50,963 nt of DNA from a bacterium (GTDB taxonomy: Bacteria; Muiribacteriota; UBA9980). Every line of letters begins with the position of its first letter. Position 1 is the first letter of the stretch. A model generated the notes under the pieces. That model saw only the letters and a list, made by a program, of their open reading frames with translations, was not told the origin of the DNA and did not search any database. Below are positions 28,119-37,018 of the stretch, piece by piece. Both the position numbers and the translations under genes were made by a program. Location: contig JAKPTH010000283.1 in NCBI GenBank assembly GCA_029571125.1, positions 1 through 50,963 of the forward strand, read 5' to 3'.

Positions 28119-28940
28119 CTATATGTAAAAGCAAAATGCCGTAAAGGCAAAAAAAATGGCCGTAAATTTATAATCGCCGGAATTTAAAGCGGGAGCCGGA
28201 TAAAATTCTTCTTTAAATGCCGCGTTAAAACCGCCGCCCCTGAGTTTCATGGCCAGATTGTTGTTTTCGGCGCGGTCGAAGCTTTTTATAAAAAGAGCCG
28301 AAAACATCATCGCAAAAGTCTTAATGCTCATCATGTTTTTGGGTTTAAAAAATCTCAGCCTGGAAGAAAATTCCATAATCAAAAGCTCGTTTATAAAATC
28401 CTGAAGGTAACGCCAGGTATTTTTAAAAAGCCTCACGAATACGGCCGGAAATTTAAAAACGTAAAGGGCGCCCGAAAGATCGTTAAACGAAGTGGCCGCG
28501 CTGAAAACGATCACCGAATTAAGGCCGATAAATATCTTGAGCATAAGAGCGAGTGCGAATATCTGCTCGTAGGTCTTTATTTTTAGAAAATCGATATATA
28601 TGAAACCCAGCGCGGAATCTTTCAGAACGTCATCCGGCCTGAGGCCGGAATCCATAAAAAGGCTTCCGCCCGAAATCATGCCGTAAAAAAAAACCGCGGC
28701 CGCATACAATACGAAAGGCGCCGCAGGAAGCGAGCGGCCGATAAAAGCCTTGAACGGTATTTTAGAAACGGCCGCCAGAGCGAGCGTAAAAAAAAATATA
28801 AGCAGCAGGCGTTCGGGCTTTTGGGGGGCCGCGGCGGAAGCCATTACCGGAAAAGCTATAATAAGGCCAAGTTTAAGCGCCGGATTTAACTTTTGTATCA
28901 CGCCGTCGGCGCCGTGATATTCGTCGATCTTAAAATGCAT
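28119..28940 (-). CDS. nikQ: ECF-type Ni/Co transporter T component (NikQ/CbiQ)
   Basis: Multi-TM; LNPALKL near the N-terminus, KSFDRAE...AMKLRG. Confidence 0.88.
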   Translation of the reverse strand: MHFKIDEYHGADGVIQKLNPALKLGLIIAFPVMASAAAPQKPERLLLIFFFTLALAAVSKIPFKAFIGRSLPAAPFVLYAAAVFFYGMISGGSLFMDSGLRPDDVLKDSALGFIYIDFLKIKTYEQIFALALMLKIFIGLNSVIVFSAATSFNDLSGALYVFKFPAVFVRLFKNTWRYLQDFINELLIMEFSSRLRFFKPKNMMSIKTFAMMFSALFIKSFDRAENNNLAMKLRGGGFNAAFKEEFYPAPALNSGDYKFTAIFFAFTAFCFYI

Positions 28941-28991
28941 GGCTATTCAGCCGCCGGGCGGCACGCAGACGTCAAAAAGATTGCAGCCCTC

Positions 28992-29435
28992 TTATTTTTC
29001 ACTGAAATGCTCCTCGTAAAGCAGTTTGAGCTCAAGAGCGCGTTTTTTGACGACCTCCAGACGCGCGCCCGCAGCAATAACACGGTACATGGTGCCTTCC
29101 TTTTTAGAATAAGCGGCCGCTATCAGCGCAAATTCAGCGTCGCGAAAAGCGATCCATGCGAGCTGCGCTTTTTTGAGCGCCGCCCTGGTCTCTTTATCAA
29201 AATTTTCGCTCAGAAGCCTGTAATATTTATTCAACTCCGCGTCCCATTTTTTTTCGCCTTCCTCCGCTGCCGCTATCATTCCCGCGGTGGAAGGATCTTT
29301 GTCCATCATGGCGTCCACCAGCTTATCTATTTCATGCTTCGCAGTTTCGGCGTTAACCTCAACAGCGGACATGCAGGTTAAAACTATTAAGGCGACAGCC
29401 GTGAAAGAAGCCCGAATAAAAAATGATATTTTCAT
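28992..29435 (-). CDS. Secreted DUF1311/LprI-like protein
   Basis: Signal peptide; STAGM....E..KWDAELNKYY..L...LKKAQLAWIAFRDAE; own AAGGAG RBS. Confidence 0.85.
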   Translation of the reverse strand: MKISFFIRASFTAVALIVLTCMSAVEVNAETAKHEIDKLVDAMMDKDPSTAGMIAAAEEGEKKWDAELNKYYRLLSENFDKETRAALKKAQLAWIAFRDAEFALIAAAYSKKEGTMYRVIAAGARLEVVKKRALELKLLYEEHFSEK

Positions 29436-29666
29436 ATATTCTCCTTATTGAATATTAAAACGTTTCAATACTTAATCCGGACGGCCGGAATGGCCGCCGC
29501 CGCGGTCCGGCGAGGCCGGATCGGATGACGAATAGCTCATAGTTTGATAAGAGGATAATTTTACTGACGGCTTGACGCCGTACGAATTGAATTCGAAGCA
29601 AAATCTCCCGCCGTAGACTTTATCCGTGAGTTTTATCGTATATATTAAGCATCCCATAAAAGACGG

Positions 29667-30053
29667 CTACCGGCATAAGTTATCGCCGGCTCCCGGCCTT
29701 GAGGACGATGCGTTTTTCCTGGCCGCCAACGGATAAAATTTAAAAAATATCAATATGAGCACGATTCCGGCAAAGCCTGAAAAAACCGTTGAAACTGATT
29801 CATTTTTAATGAAAGGGGTTTTATAATCGCCGAATATAAAATAACCCGGTTCGCCGCCTTCTTCCGTTTTAGATTTTTCGGCATCGCCCGCAGAAGAGTT
29901 TTCCGGGCCGGCCGGCGAATGTTTTTCGATAGTCCAGTCCAGCCCGTCGGGATTTTGCGAAGCCAGCGGCGAAAACATCGCAGCCACGAATGCGGCCGCA
30001 ATAATTATATAAAAAGAGTTTTTTATGACGGAACTTTTAATCGCAAAATTCAT
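29667..30053 (-). CDS. nikN: PDGLE-domain membrane subunit (NikN-like)
   Basis: TM helix, ASQNPDGLDW, DY, second TM helix (SGFAGIVLILIF); ATGA overlap with nikM. Confidence 0.85.
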   Translation of the reverse strand: MNFAIKSSVIKNSFYIIIAAAFVAAMFSPLASQNPDGLDWTIEKHSPAGPENSSAGDAEKSKTEEGGEPGYFIFGDYKTPFIKNESVSTVFSGFAGIVLILIFFKFYPLAARKNASSSRPGAGDNLCR

Positions 30054-30736
30054 CGGTTCGCCGCCGCCGTTTCAGCCGGTTTATCTTCAAAGGATTTATA
30101 ATATTTTTCGAACAACCCGGGCCGGACCGCCGTTAAAAAATTAAGAAGAACGAATACTATGGCGGCTTCTGCGCACGCAATAAAGCAGTGTATAAACACT
30201 ATCGTGGACAATATGGTCTTGACGCCGGCCACGCCGGAAAATCCGAGCTGAAGGCCGCACGAGAGAGAGGCCGAAAAAACCGAAATCCAGGCGCACGCGG
30301 CCGCCAGTATAGAAAAACCCGCCCTGGTTTTAAATGCGCCCACCGCGCCGTTAAGGCCGGAGAAAATGAAAAAAGGGACCAGGCCGCCCATGACGCCCAT
30401 ATTAAAAATATTGCTGCCGAGAGCGGTAATTCCGCCGTCGGCGAAAAAAAGAGACTGTATTACAAGGATGACGCTCATAGAAATAAAGCCGAGCGGCGCG
30501 CCCAGGGCAATCATGAGCAGCGATGCGCCGAGGAAATGTCCCGACGCGCCGAAACCGACGGGAAAATTTATCATCTGCGCCGCGAATACGAAAGCGGTAA
30601 GCGCGCCGGCAATATTGAGCCCCGCGTCGTCTATGGTTTTAGCCAGCCTGCCGTTGAAATAATAAAACAGGCCGCCGGAAACCGCGGCTGAAGCTATATT
30701 TATATTATTCGATAAGAGGCCGTCAGGTATATGCAT
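30050..30736 (-). CDS. nikM: ECF-type Ni/Co transporter S component (NikM/CbiM family)
   Basis: N-terminal MHIPDG (NikM-type signature), FVFAAQMINFP, SGHFLG, FADGGITALGSNIFNMG. Confidence 0.92.
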   Translation of the reverse strand: MHIPDGLLSNNINIASAAVSGGLFYYFNGRLAKTIDDAGLNIAGALTAFVFAAQMINFPVGFGASGHFLGASLLMIALGAPLGFISMSVILVIQSLFFADGGITALGSNIFNMGVMGGLVPFFIFSGLNGAVGAFKTRAGFSILAAACAWISVFSASLSCGLQLGFSGVAGVKTILSTIVFIHCFIACAEAAIVFVLLNFLTAVRPGLFEKYYKSFEDKPAETAAANR

Positions 30737-30745
30737 AACGACGCT

Positions 30746-30774
30746 ATCTTATCATACGTAAAAATTTTTGTCAA
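30746..30774 (-). promoter_or_regulatory. Sigma70 promoter directly upstream of nikM (near-leaderless)
   Basis: Minus-strand TTGACA (30774-30769), 17 bp, TAAGAT (30751-30746); ATG 9 nt further on with no Shine-Dalgarno. Confidence 0.6.
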
Positions 30775-30852
30775 CCGCAAAACGAAAAATCGGTGATATA
30801 AAAACGGTGATTTTTTTACGCCGGTTTGCATAATTCAATAAGGCCGAACGCC

Positions 30853-31251
30853 CTATTTTTCGATTTCAAATCCGCAGCCGTACCAGCCGCTCATTCCGCC
30901 CGACACGTTCACGGCCGTTATTTCAGGGCAAAGCTTTGATATTATTTTACATGCGGACGAAGAACGCGCCCCGCTGTAGCATATTACGTATATTTTTTTA
31001 AATCCCTTAAGCTCCGCGGCCCGCTTTGAAATTTCGCCGAGAGGTATATGGATTGCGCCTTTAATATGGCCTTCGCCGAACTCGTCCTTTTCGCGGACAT
31101 CTAAAACCGCGGCCCCGGAGCCGGCAAATCCGGCGTCGCTCATTATCTTCTTAAGCCCCTTCGCATCCACGCTTTCGCCGGCGTATGTCATCGAAGCTTT
31201 TAATACGGTTATAACAACAAGAGCGGCAGCGGCCCACATCAATATCTTCAT
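30853..31251 (-). CDS. Rhodanese-like domain protein with N-terminal signal/anchor
   Basis: LDVRE..EF..GHIKGA.HIP, ICYSGARS, GGM..W. Confidence 0.92.
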   Translation of the reverse strand: MKILMWAAAALVVITVLKASMTYAGESVDAKGLKKIMSDAGFAGSGAAVLDVREKDEFGEGHIKGAIHIPLGEISKRAAELKGFKKIYVICYSGARSSSACKIISKLCPEITAVNVSGGMSGWYGCGFEIEK

Positions 31252-31343
31252 GCAATTACTCCTTCATAAAATTAATTTTCCAGCGCCTCGCCTCGCGAAT
31301 GCGTTTAAAGGGTGCGGCGAAATATATCATGTATTAGTTATAT

Positions 31344-31372
31344 ATTATACATTAATTTTTAATATTTGGCAA
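31344..31372 (-). promoter_or_regulatory. Sigma70 promoter for the rhodanese gene
   Basis: Minus-strand TTGCCA, 17 bp, TATAAT. Confidence 0.55.
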
Positions 31373-31503
31373 GAACTTTTATGAAGGACTTTTTGAAGTT
31401 TTGAAAGTAAAGCTCGCGGGGCGAGCCCCGGCCTTAACTATTCAATGTCCGCTCTACACTATCCACTAATACCCGCCCGCATAAAATGATAATGAGCCAC
31501 TTT

Positions 31504-32508
31504 TTACTTACTCCACGGGCTTTTTTTCACGATCTTCTCCTGCGTGCTCGCGGAGAGGTTTTCGACTAAATCCGGGGTGTCGTCCAATAAAGAAGGTCTT
31601 TTGACGTCGTAAAAAGAGAAGGGGCGCATATCGCCCGACGCGCGGAGCTTATCGAATTCTCTTTCCCATTTTATGTGCCAGAGATATAGTTCGGCCACGA
31701 ACATCTGTTCGAGGTATATAGTGTAGCTCCACGCGAACGCTATGTAAACCATGGCAAGATACCATGCCTGCTCGGGGAATACGATTATCGGCGGCCTGCC
31801 TTTCTTAGCGCTTCCAAGCGCGAACATCAGCGCCACCGGGAAAAAAATTATAAAAGACGCCAGTTCCGTCAGCACGAAACCGGAAGTGAATTCGTATAAA
31901 TGGAGCCGGAAAACGCTCAGCCCTTTTTTAACGGCGTCGAAGCAGCTTCGGTTTTCCCAGGCGATTCCAGGCAGAATAAGAAAAACTATCATTCTGACGC
32001 CTTTTTTAAGCGCGTCTATAAAATAAGAGCTGAAAGAGAATTCGCCGTCGGCTCCTGCGAGGGTTTTGGCTGCATTTTCAGCGTTGAACTCGGAATCGTC
32101 TTCTTCGTTTTTCCGTCTTATAAGGGCGCTTATAATAGTGAGCAAAACCCATAAAACAGTCCACACTATAACTATAGGTATCATTTTAATAAGGTTTAAA
32201 GCGAAGGTTTCAAAAAAAGCTTTTAAAAGATTGACTTCCTTTCCCGATTCTATCTGCTGGATGAGTTCCAGAAGCACCGAGCAGGACACGGCCAGTAAAA
32301 AAGCGAATGCGAATATGAAAGCGGTCACTATCAAAATAGACTCGCCGCCGGAAAATTTTTCCCACTTCAAGCCGTATTTCATGTATAGTATCATGGGAGC
32401 GTAAACGCACCAGACCAGCAAAAGCGGAAATATCATCACGGGATATTTCATAAAAACCTTTATGGACTCCTTAAACATATCCCAGCCGTTTGAAATGCCT
32501 TCGAACAT
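31504..32508 (-). CDS. Hypothetical integral membrane protein
   Basis: 334-aa ORF, AGGAG RBS, about 5-6 hydrophobic segments. Confidence 0.85.
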   Translation of the reverse strand: MFEGISNGWDMFKESIKVFMKYPVMIFPLLLVWCVYAPMILYMKYGLKWEKFSGGESILIVTAFIFAFAFLLAVSCSVLLELIQQIESGKEVNLLKAFFETFALNLIKMIPIVIVWTVLWVLLTIISALIRRKNEEDDSEFNAENAAKTLAGADGEFSFSSYFIDALKKGVRMIVFLILPGIAWENRSCFDAVKKGLSVFRLHLYEFTSGFVLTELASFIIFFPVALMFALGSAKKGRPPIIVFPEQAWYLAMVYIAFAWSYTIYLEQMFVAELYLWHIKWEREFDKLRASGDMRPFSFYDVKRPSLLDDTPDLVENLSASTQEKIVKKSPWSK

Positions 32509-32709
32509 TTATCGAGCTCCTTTTTGCGGTATTATAAATTTAAAGCGTAGTTATATTATAATTCTTTTTTATTAAAAAATCAAATTTTTGCGGACGCACT
32601 TTCCGGATCAACACGACTAAAACCGTTATGTTGATTGAATTATGAGCGGCATTCGGGGTTTAATTAATTAACCGCAAAACCTATAAAAAGCATGCCGGAC
32701 GGCGTATGC

Positions 32710-32751
32710 AAAAAAGGCCGTTCGAAAATAAATTTCGAACGGCCTTTTTTT
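32710..32751 (-). terminator. Rho-independent terminator after the DEAD-box helicase gene (symmetric, potentially bidirectional)
   Basis: AAAAAAGGCCGTTCGAAA-loop-TTTCGAACGGCCTTTTTT. Confidence 0.9.
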
Positions 32752-32776
32752 ATTTAGATTGCGGTATAGTTTTTAA

Positions 32777-33922
32777 TTAAGCGTGAGCCTGTCTGGCATG
32801 GGACTGCGGAATGGCGATCCTGTCTATTTTGACCCCTTCGGCGCGCTGGATGCGCATTAAATCATAAAGCTGTTTCCCGACTACGAAAGTGAAGGCTTTT
32901 CCGCTTTTACCGGCTCTTCCGGTTCTGCCGATGCGATGTATATAATCTTCGTCAGCCTGCGGAAGATCGTAATTGATTACCGCGTCGATATTCTTGACGT
33001 CGATGCCTCTTCCGGCGACGTCTGTCGCCACGAGTATTCTGACCGCGCCTCCCCTGAAGGAGTTCATAACTCTCTCGCGGCGTCTCTGGTCTAATCCGCC
33101 GTGAAGGGCTTCGGCGGGATATCCCTCGTTTTTAAGTTTTTTAGCTATGCGCTCCACTTTAGATTTCGTATTCGAAAATACGAGAGCTACGTTAAGGTTA
33201 TGTTGATCGATGATATTGGTTAACGCATCCGGCTTTTCGCCTTCGAGCATATCGCAGTAAGCCTGCTCTATTTTTGGAACGCTTATTTTGTGCTGCGTGG
33301 TGTCTATATGAACGGGATTGTTCTGATAGCGGTTCATAAGCCTCATTATCTCGCGGTTCATCGTAGCCGAAAACATGGCGGTCTGACGCGTTTTCGGAGT
33401 CTGGCCGAGAATGGTTTCCATATCGTCGCGGAACCCCATATTAAGCATTTCATCGGCTTCGTCGAGCACCACGAATTTAATCGTATCGAGCTTTATGGTG
33501 CGGCGTCTCATATGGTCCATTATCCTGCCGGGGGTGCCGACTATTATCTGAGGCCTTTTATAAAGCGCCGATATCTGGCGGCTTATTTCCTGGCCGCCGT
33601 AAACGCATACGACCGAAAGGCCGTAATAATACTTATAAAGCTTGCGGAATTCCTCGGTAACCTGCATGGCGAGCTCTCTGGTGGGACACATTACAAGCGC
33701 CTGTAGGCTTTTGTCGGCGGTATCGACGCGTTCTATAATGGGTATTGCGAACGCCGCCGTTTTTCCGGTGCCGGTGCGCGCCTGGCCGATCATATCGCGG
33801 CCTTTTAAAAGCTGGGGTATCGTTTCCGCCTGTATCGGAGTGGCTTCGGTAAAGCCCATTTCCGTTACGGCCTTTCTCAAATTGCTGGACAGATTAAGTT
33901 CTTCGAATGTGGTTTTTTTCAA
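32777..33922 (-). CDS. DEAD-box RNA helicase (core only, CshA/DeaD-like)
   Basis: Q motif GFTEATPIQ, ARTGTGKT, PTRELA, TPGR, DEAD, SAT, HRIGRTGR; TTG start after AAGGTG. Confidence 0.96.
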   Translation of the reverse strand: MKKTTFEELNLSSNLRKAVTEMGFTEATPIQAETIPQLLKGRDMIGQARTGTGKTAAFAIPIIERVDTADKSLQALVMCPTRELAMQVTEEFRKLYKYYYGLSVVCVYGGQEISRQISALYKRPQIIVGTPGRIMDHMRRRTIKLDTIKFVVLDEADEMLNMGFRDDMETILGQTPKTRQTAMFSATMNREIMRLMNRYQNNPVHIDTTQHKISVPKIEQAYCDMLEGEKPDALTNIIDQHNLNVALVFSNTKSKVERIAKKLKNEGYPAEALHGGLDQRRRERVMNSFRGGAVRILVATDVAGRGIDVKNIDAVINYDLPQADEDYIHRIGRTGRAGKSGKAFTFVVGKQLYDLMRIQRAEGVKIDRIAIPQSHARQAHA

Positions 33923-34318
33923 AATATTTCACCTTTTTAAATAAAATCTTCACCAGCCCGGTTCCGTTAAACCGGCGAAGGTGTTTCATGTACTTTATGC
34001 CCGACGCCCATGAAGGCGGTCGAGGTCAATATTTTCTGAAATAATGGAAAAGGGTCGGAAGGATTTGCTAACGAACCAGTTCGTCTCAACGGAGAGACAT
34101 AAAATTTCATAACCCGATTTAATACGAAAGCGATAAAGCTGCCTGCGCGCATTACACGCAAAGCGGCCACCGGGTTTTTTAAATTAAAACGAAATATTTT
34201 ATAAACGGACCGAATAAAAAACAATTCGGATAAATAAATTGGATTTTAAAAGCTTTACAAATAAGTAGTTTTAATAATTAATGACCTGAGCTAATAATAA
34301 CATAAAAAAACGCGTATG

Positions 34319-35413
34319 TCAACATATTTGATATTCAACCGCTTTTTCCCTTAAGCGGCGGTACTTATAAACGAGTTCGGCGCGGTCCAGCTTTTCATCG
34401 CCCCATGAAAGCGCAGGAATGCCCGACAACGCCGCGGCGCCCGATTCGAAAGCGGATATGACCCTGTCGGCTTTTTTTAAAGTTTCAAGCGTGCAGCTGC
34501 GGCCGCCCACATCGTCGTGTATATCGAGGATATATGAGCGCAACGATTCGAGCGCATATAATTTTTCAAGCGCGGCGTGGTTTTCCAGCCCATTTTCCCA
34601 CAGCCCGATAATGCCGGTCTTCCAGTTTATTATGCCCTGATCGGCGCGGTTCGATCTCAGCCAGCTCAAAGTTCTGTGATAATATTCGACGGCCAGCTCT
34701 TTTTCCATGCGGTATTCTTCAAGCGCCGCAGCGCGCCCTTTTTCATCTTCGATATCCATGAGGTACTGCATGAAACTGCGCGTCTCGAACCTTTCTACCG
34801 GATGAAAGAGCGGCAGCTCCATTCCGTCGGCGTTATATTCGCCAAGCGGCGAAAAAGGATACATATATCCGAAATCAAAGAGCTTCACCGTCCCGTCTTT
34901 TTGCGCAAGTATATTGCCGGGGCAAAGGTCGTACTCGAACAGTCCGGCGGTTTCTATATGAAACAGCGTATCAAAAAGATTCGAAATTATCTGCGGCGTG
35001 TACTTTTTAACGGTTCCGCCCTCGATCCACGGTGAAACTATTATGCCGTGCTTAAGGCTCGCGTACACGGTATCGACGACTCCCGCAAAAGCCGCGGGGT
35101 TTTTCTTTTTAAGCGTTTCAAAATCACGTCTGCGCTGGACTTCGTTTAAAAACGAAGTCTGGCCGTCGGCGTTTTTAACCAGTATTTCTGCGCGCTTCTT
35201 TTTAAGGTTCCAGCGGCGGCCGCCGGCGGCGATCATGAAAGTATCGGCCGTCAATCCGCTGCCGATACGCTTTTCGACGCAAGACGAACGTTCGTTCACT
35301 TCGAGAAGTTCCGGCAGGCTTATCGGAAGCAGCGAAGCGTCTCCGGCTTCTATATCGCTTCCGGAGGCTAAAAATTCGAGCTGCTTATTTCTTCTAATAT
35401 CGGCATGTCCCAT
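34319..35413 (-). CDS. Kinase-like phosphotransferase (APH/AarF-like)
   Basis: IGSGLTA, LKK, NEVQRR, YDLCPGNIL, KLFDFGY. Confidence 0.8.
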   Translation of the reverse strand: MGHADIRRNKQLEFLASGSDIEAGDASLLPISLPELLEVNERSSCVEKRIGSGLTADTFMIAAGGRRWNLKKKRAEILVKNADGQTSFLNEVQRRRDFETLKKKNPAAFAGVVDTVYASLKHGIIVSPWIEGGTVKKYTPQIISNLFDTLFHIETAGLFEYDLCPGNILAQKDGTVKLFDFGYMYPFSPLGEYNADGMELPLFHPVERFETRSFMQYLMDIEDEKGRAAALEEYRMEKELAVEYYHRTLSWLRSNRADQGIINWKTGIIGLWENGLENHAALEKLYALESLRSYILDIHDDVGGRSCTLETLKKADRVISAFESGAAALSGIPALSWGDEKLDRAELVYKYRRLREKAVEYQIC

Positions 35414-35426
35414 AAAAATCCCTTTT

Positions 35427-35996
35427 TTATATATTAGTCAATTCAAACGAATTGAAGAACTCGCGCACCTTTTTGTGGTTTCGGTCTTCCGGAAAGCAGT
35501 TGACGATCATCTGGTAGGCCGTGCCTTTTACAATGAACAGCTTGACTTTAATGCGCTTATCGTCCGAAGTTTTGATCTCGCATTCCCTGCCCGGATAGCT
35601 TTTAAATTGCACATTTTGCTTATTTACGATCTTTCCGCCGCTATCCTGCACCATGCCGTTTATGGTGTTGTCGAAAAATAAATCAGCTCCGTCCGTTTGC
35701 ATGCGGCTTTTCAAGGCTTCGGGCAGTTTGAAATAAGAAACGCCGAATTCGATGCCCAGGTTTTTGTCGCGCGCAAGCTGAAAAAATACATTGATAGGTC
35801 CGGCCGGCGTGTTGAGGGTTTTCACTTCCGACTTATTCAGAGTGGGTATCGTAACGCGATAACCGCCGTCTTCCGATTTGAAGGTCTTGTAATGCGTTCC
35901 TGTTATAAAATATTGCGAAAACAGCTTTCCGGCTATCATGGCTATTATTATTAAAACGATCTTTAAAAATTTTTGTCCGTCCATTGATTTAACCAA
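35427..35996 (-). CDS. Hypothetical exported/membrane-anchored protein
   Basis: N-terminal hydrophobic helix; F.S..G.Y.V..P, YPGRE, C-terminal FFNSFEL (PsbP/DcrB-like pattern). Confidence 0.75.
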   Translation of the reverse strand: MVKSMDGQKFLKIVLIIIAMIAGKLFSQYFITGTHYKTFKSEDGGYRVTIPTLNKSEVKTLNTPAGPINVFFQLARDKNLGIEFGVSYFKLPEALKSRMQTDGADLFFDNTINGMVQDSGGKIVNKQNVQFKSYPGRECEIKTSDDKRIKVKLFIVKGTAYQMIVNCFPEDRNHKKVREFFNSFELTNI

Positions 35997-36020
35997 CCTT
36001 TCGCTACTTTAATATGCCTT

Positions 36021-36794
36021 TTATCTCAACGGCATGGAATAAGTCAAACCAAGCCAGTGCTGCTTCGGCGATTCAGTCTGCGAAAGGGGCATTGGATCGT
36101 GAACCGGTTTATAAAAGCAATAAAACCACGAAACCCTCGAATTCAACGGCTGGGAAATTCCGACGCCGTAAGTGGCCAGAGGGCCGCCTGCGTAATCTAA
36201 CATCAAAGAAACGGGGCGTACGGGGTGTTTCCATACGACTCCGTCTATGGCCGCGATCAAGCCGCGGCTGTTTTTATTATCCAGATCGGCCCGTTTGAAC
36301 CCGAGAATATTATTTTGATAACCGAGATGAAGCCTGACGCTTTTGAAAGCCTTTGAAAAAACCACGTAAGGCGACGGATAGTAGTATTGGCCGCCCGTAT
36401 ATTTTTCGGACCCCAGGTACATCGCGCCGACCGCCATCGAGATTTCATCGGACCCCTGGGTAAGGATTCTCCATTTGAAATTAAAATTAGAGCGTCCCGG
36501 ATAATTGCCGTTATCCACGAAAGAACGGCTTGCGATAAAATCGCCGCCGAGTTCCAGCTTTTTATAACCGTACTCGACGCCGTACATCATCGAAGCCGTA
36601 TCGGCGGCCTGCTGGGTCTTATAAGCGTATTTATAATAATTAAACATCAATACGAGAGTGTTATTGCCCGTGACATCCGTTGACGGCACATTGTTGAAAA
36701 CGGTCGGAATCGCATAAACGTTTACCGTTAATAAAAATAATACCGCCGCCGTTAATGTGACTATCCCCATAGAACGATTTACAAAACGCTTCAT
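36021..36794 (-). CDS. Secreted protein, possible outer-membrane beta-barrel
   Basis: Signal peptide ending VYA; alternating aromatic/Gly beta-strand pattern (YGVEYG, FNFKWRIL, LHLGY, WLGLTY); start probably ATG 36794. Confidence 0.7.
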   Translation of the reverse strand: MKRFVNRSMGIVTLTAAVLFLLTVNVYAIPTVFNNVPSTDVTGNNTLVLMFNYYKYAYKTQQAADTASMMYGVEYGYKKLELGGDFIASRSFVDNGNYPGRSNFNFKWRILTQGSDEISMAVGAMYLGSEKYTGGQYYYPSPYVVFSKAFKSVRLHLGYQNNILGFKRADLDNKNSRGLIAAIDGVVWKHPVRPVSLMLDYAGGPLATYGVGISQPLNSRVSWFYCFYKPVHDPMPLSQTESPKQHWLGLTYSMPLR

Positions 36795-37018
36795 AATTAT
36801 AAATTTCCCCCATCTATTTCCGATCGCTTCATTAAACCCGGATAATGTATCAAAAATAAGAATTTTAGTCAACAACCTGGATAAAATTTAAAAGAAAAAT
36901 TTTACATCTATTTAATTTTATGTTATCATTGAAAAGCGATTAATGATATATCTTTTACTTTTTGCTGTTTGAGCGATAAAGGCCAATATTTTTCGAATTT
37001 ACTTTCGGGAGCTGTCTA

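Noticed and set aside
29472-29657. 61-aa ORF inside the nik operon as a confident CDS
   Set aside because: No RBS and no recognisable motif; mentioned only within a finding.
30737-30852. Cobalamin riboswitch upstream of the CbiM/NikM gene
   Set aside because: The spacer is short and AT-rich, the promoter abuts the start codon, and no B12-box is visible.
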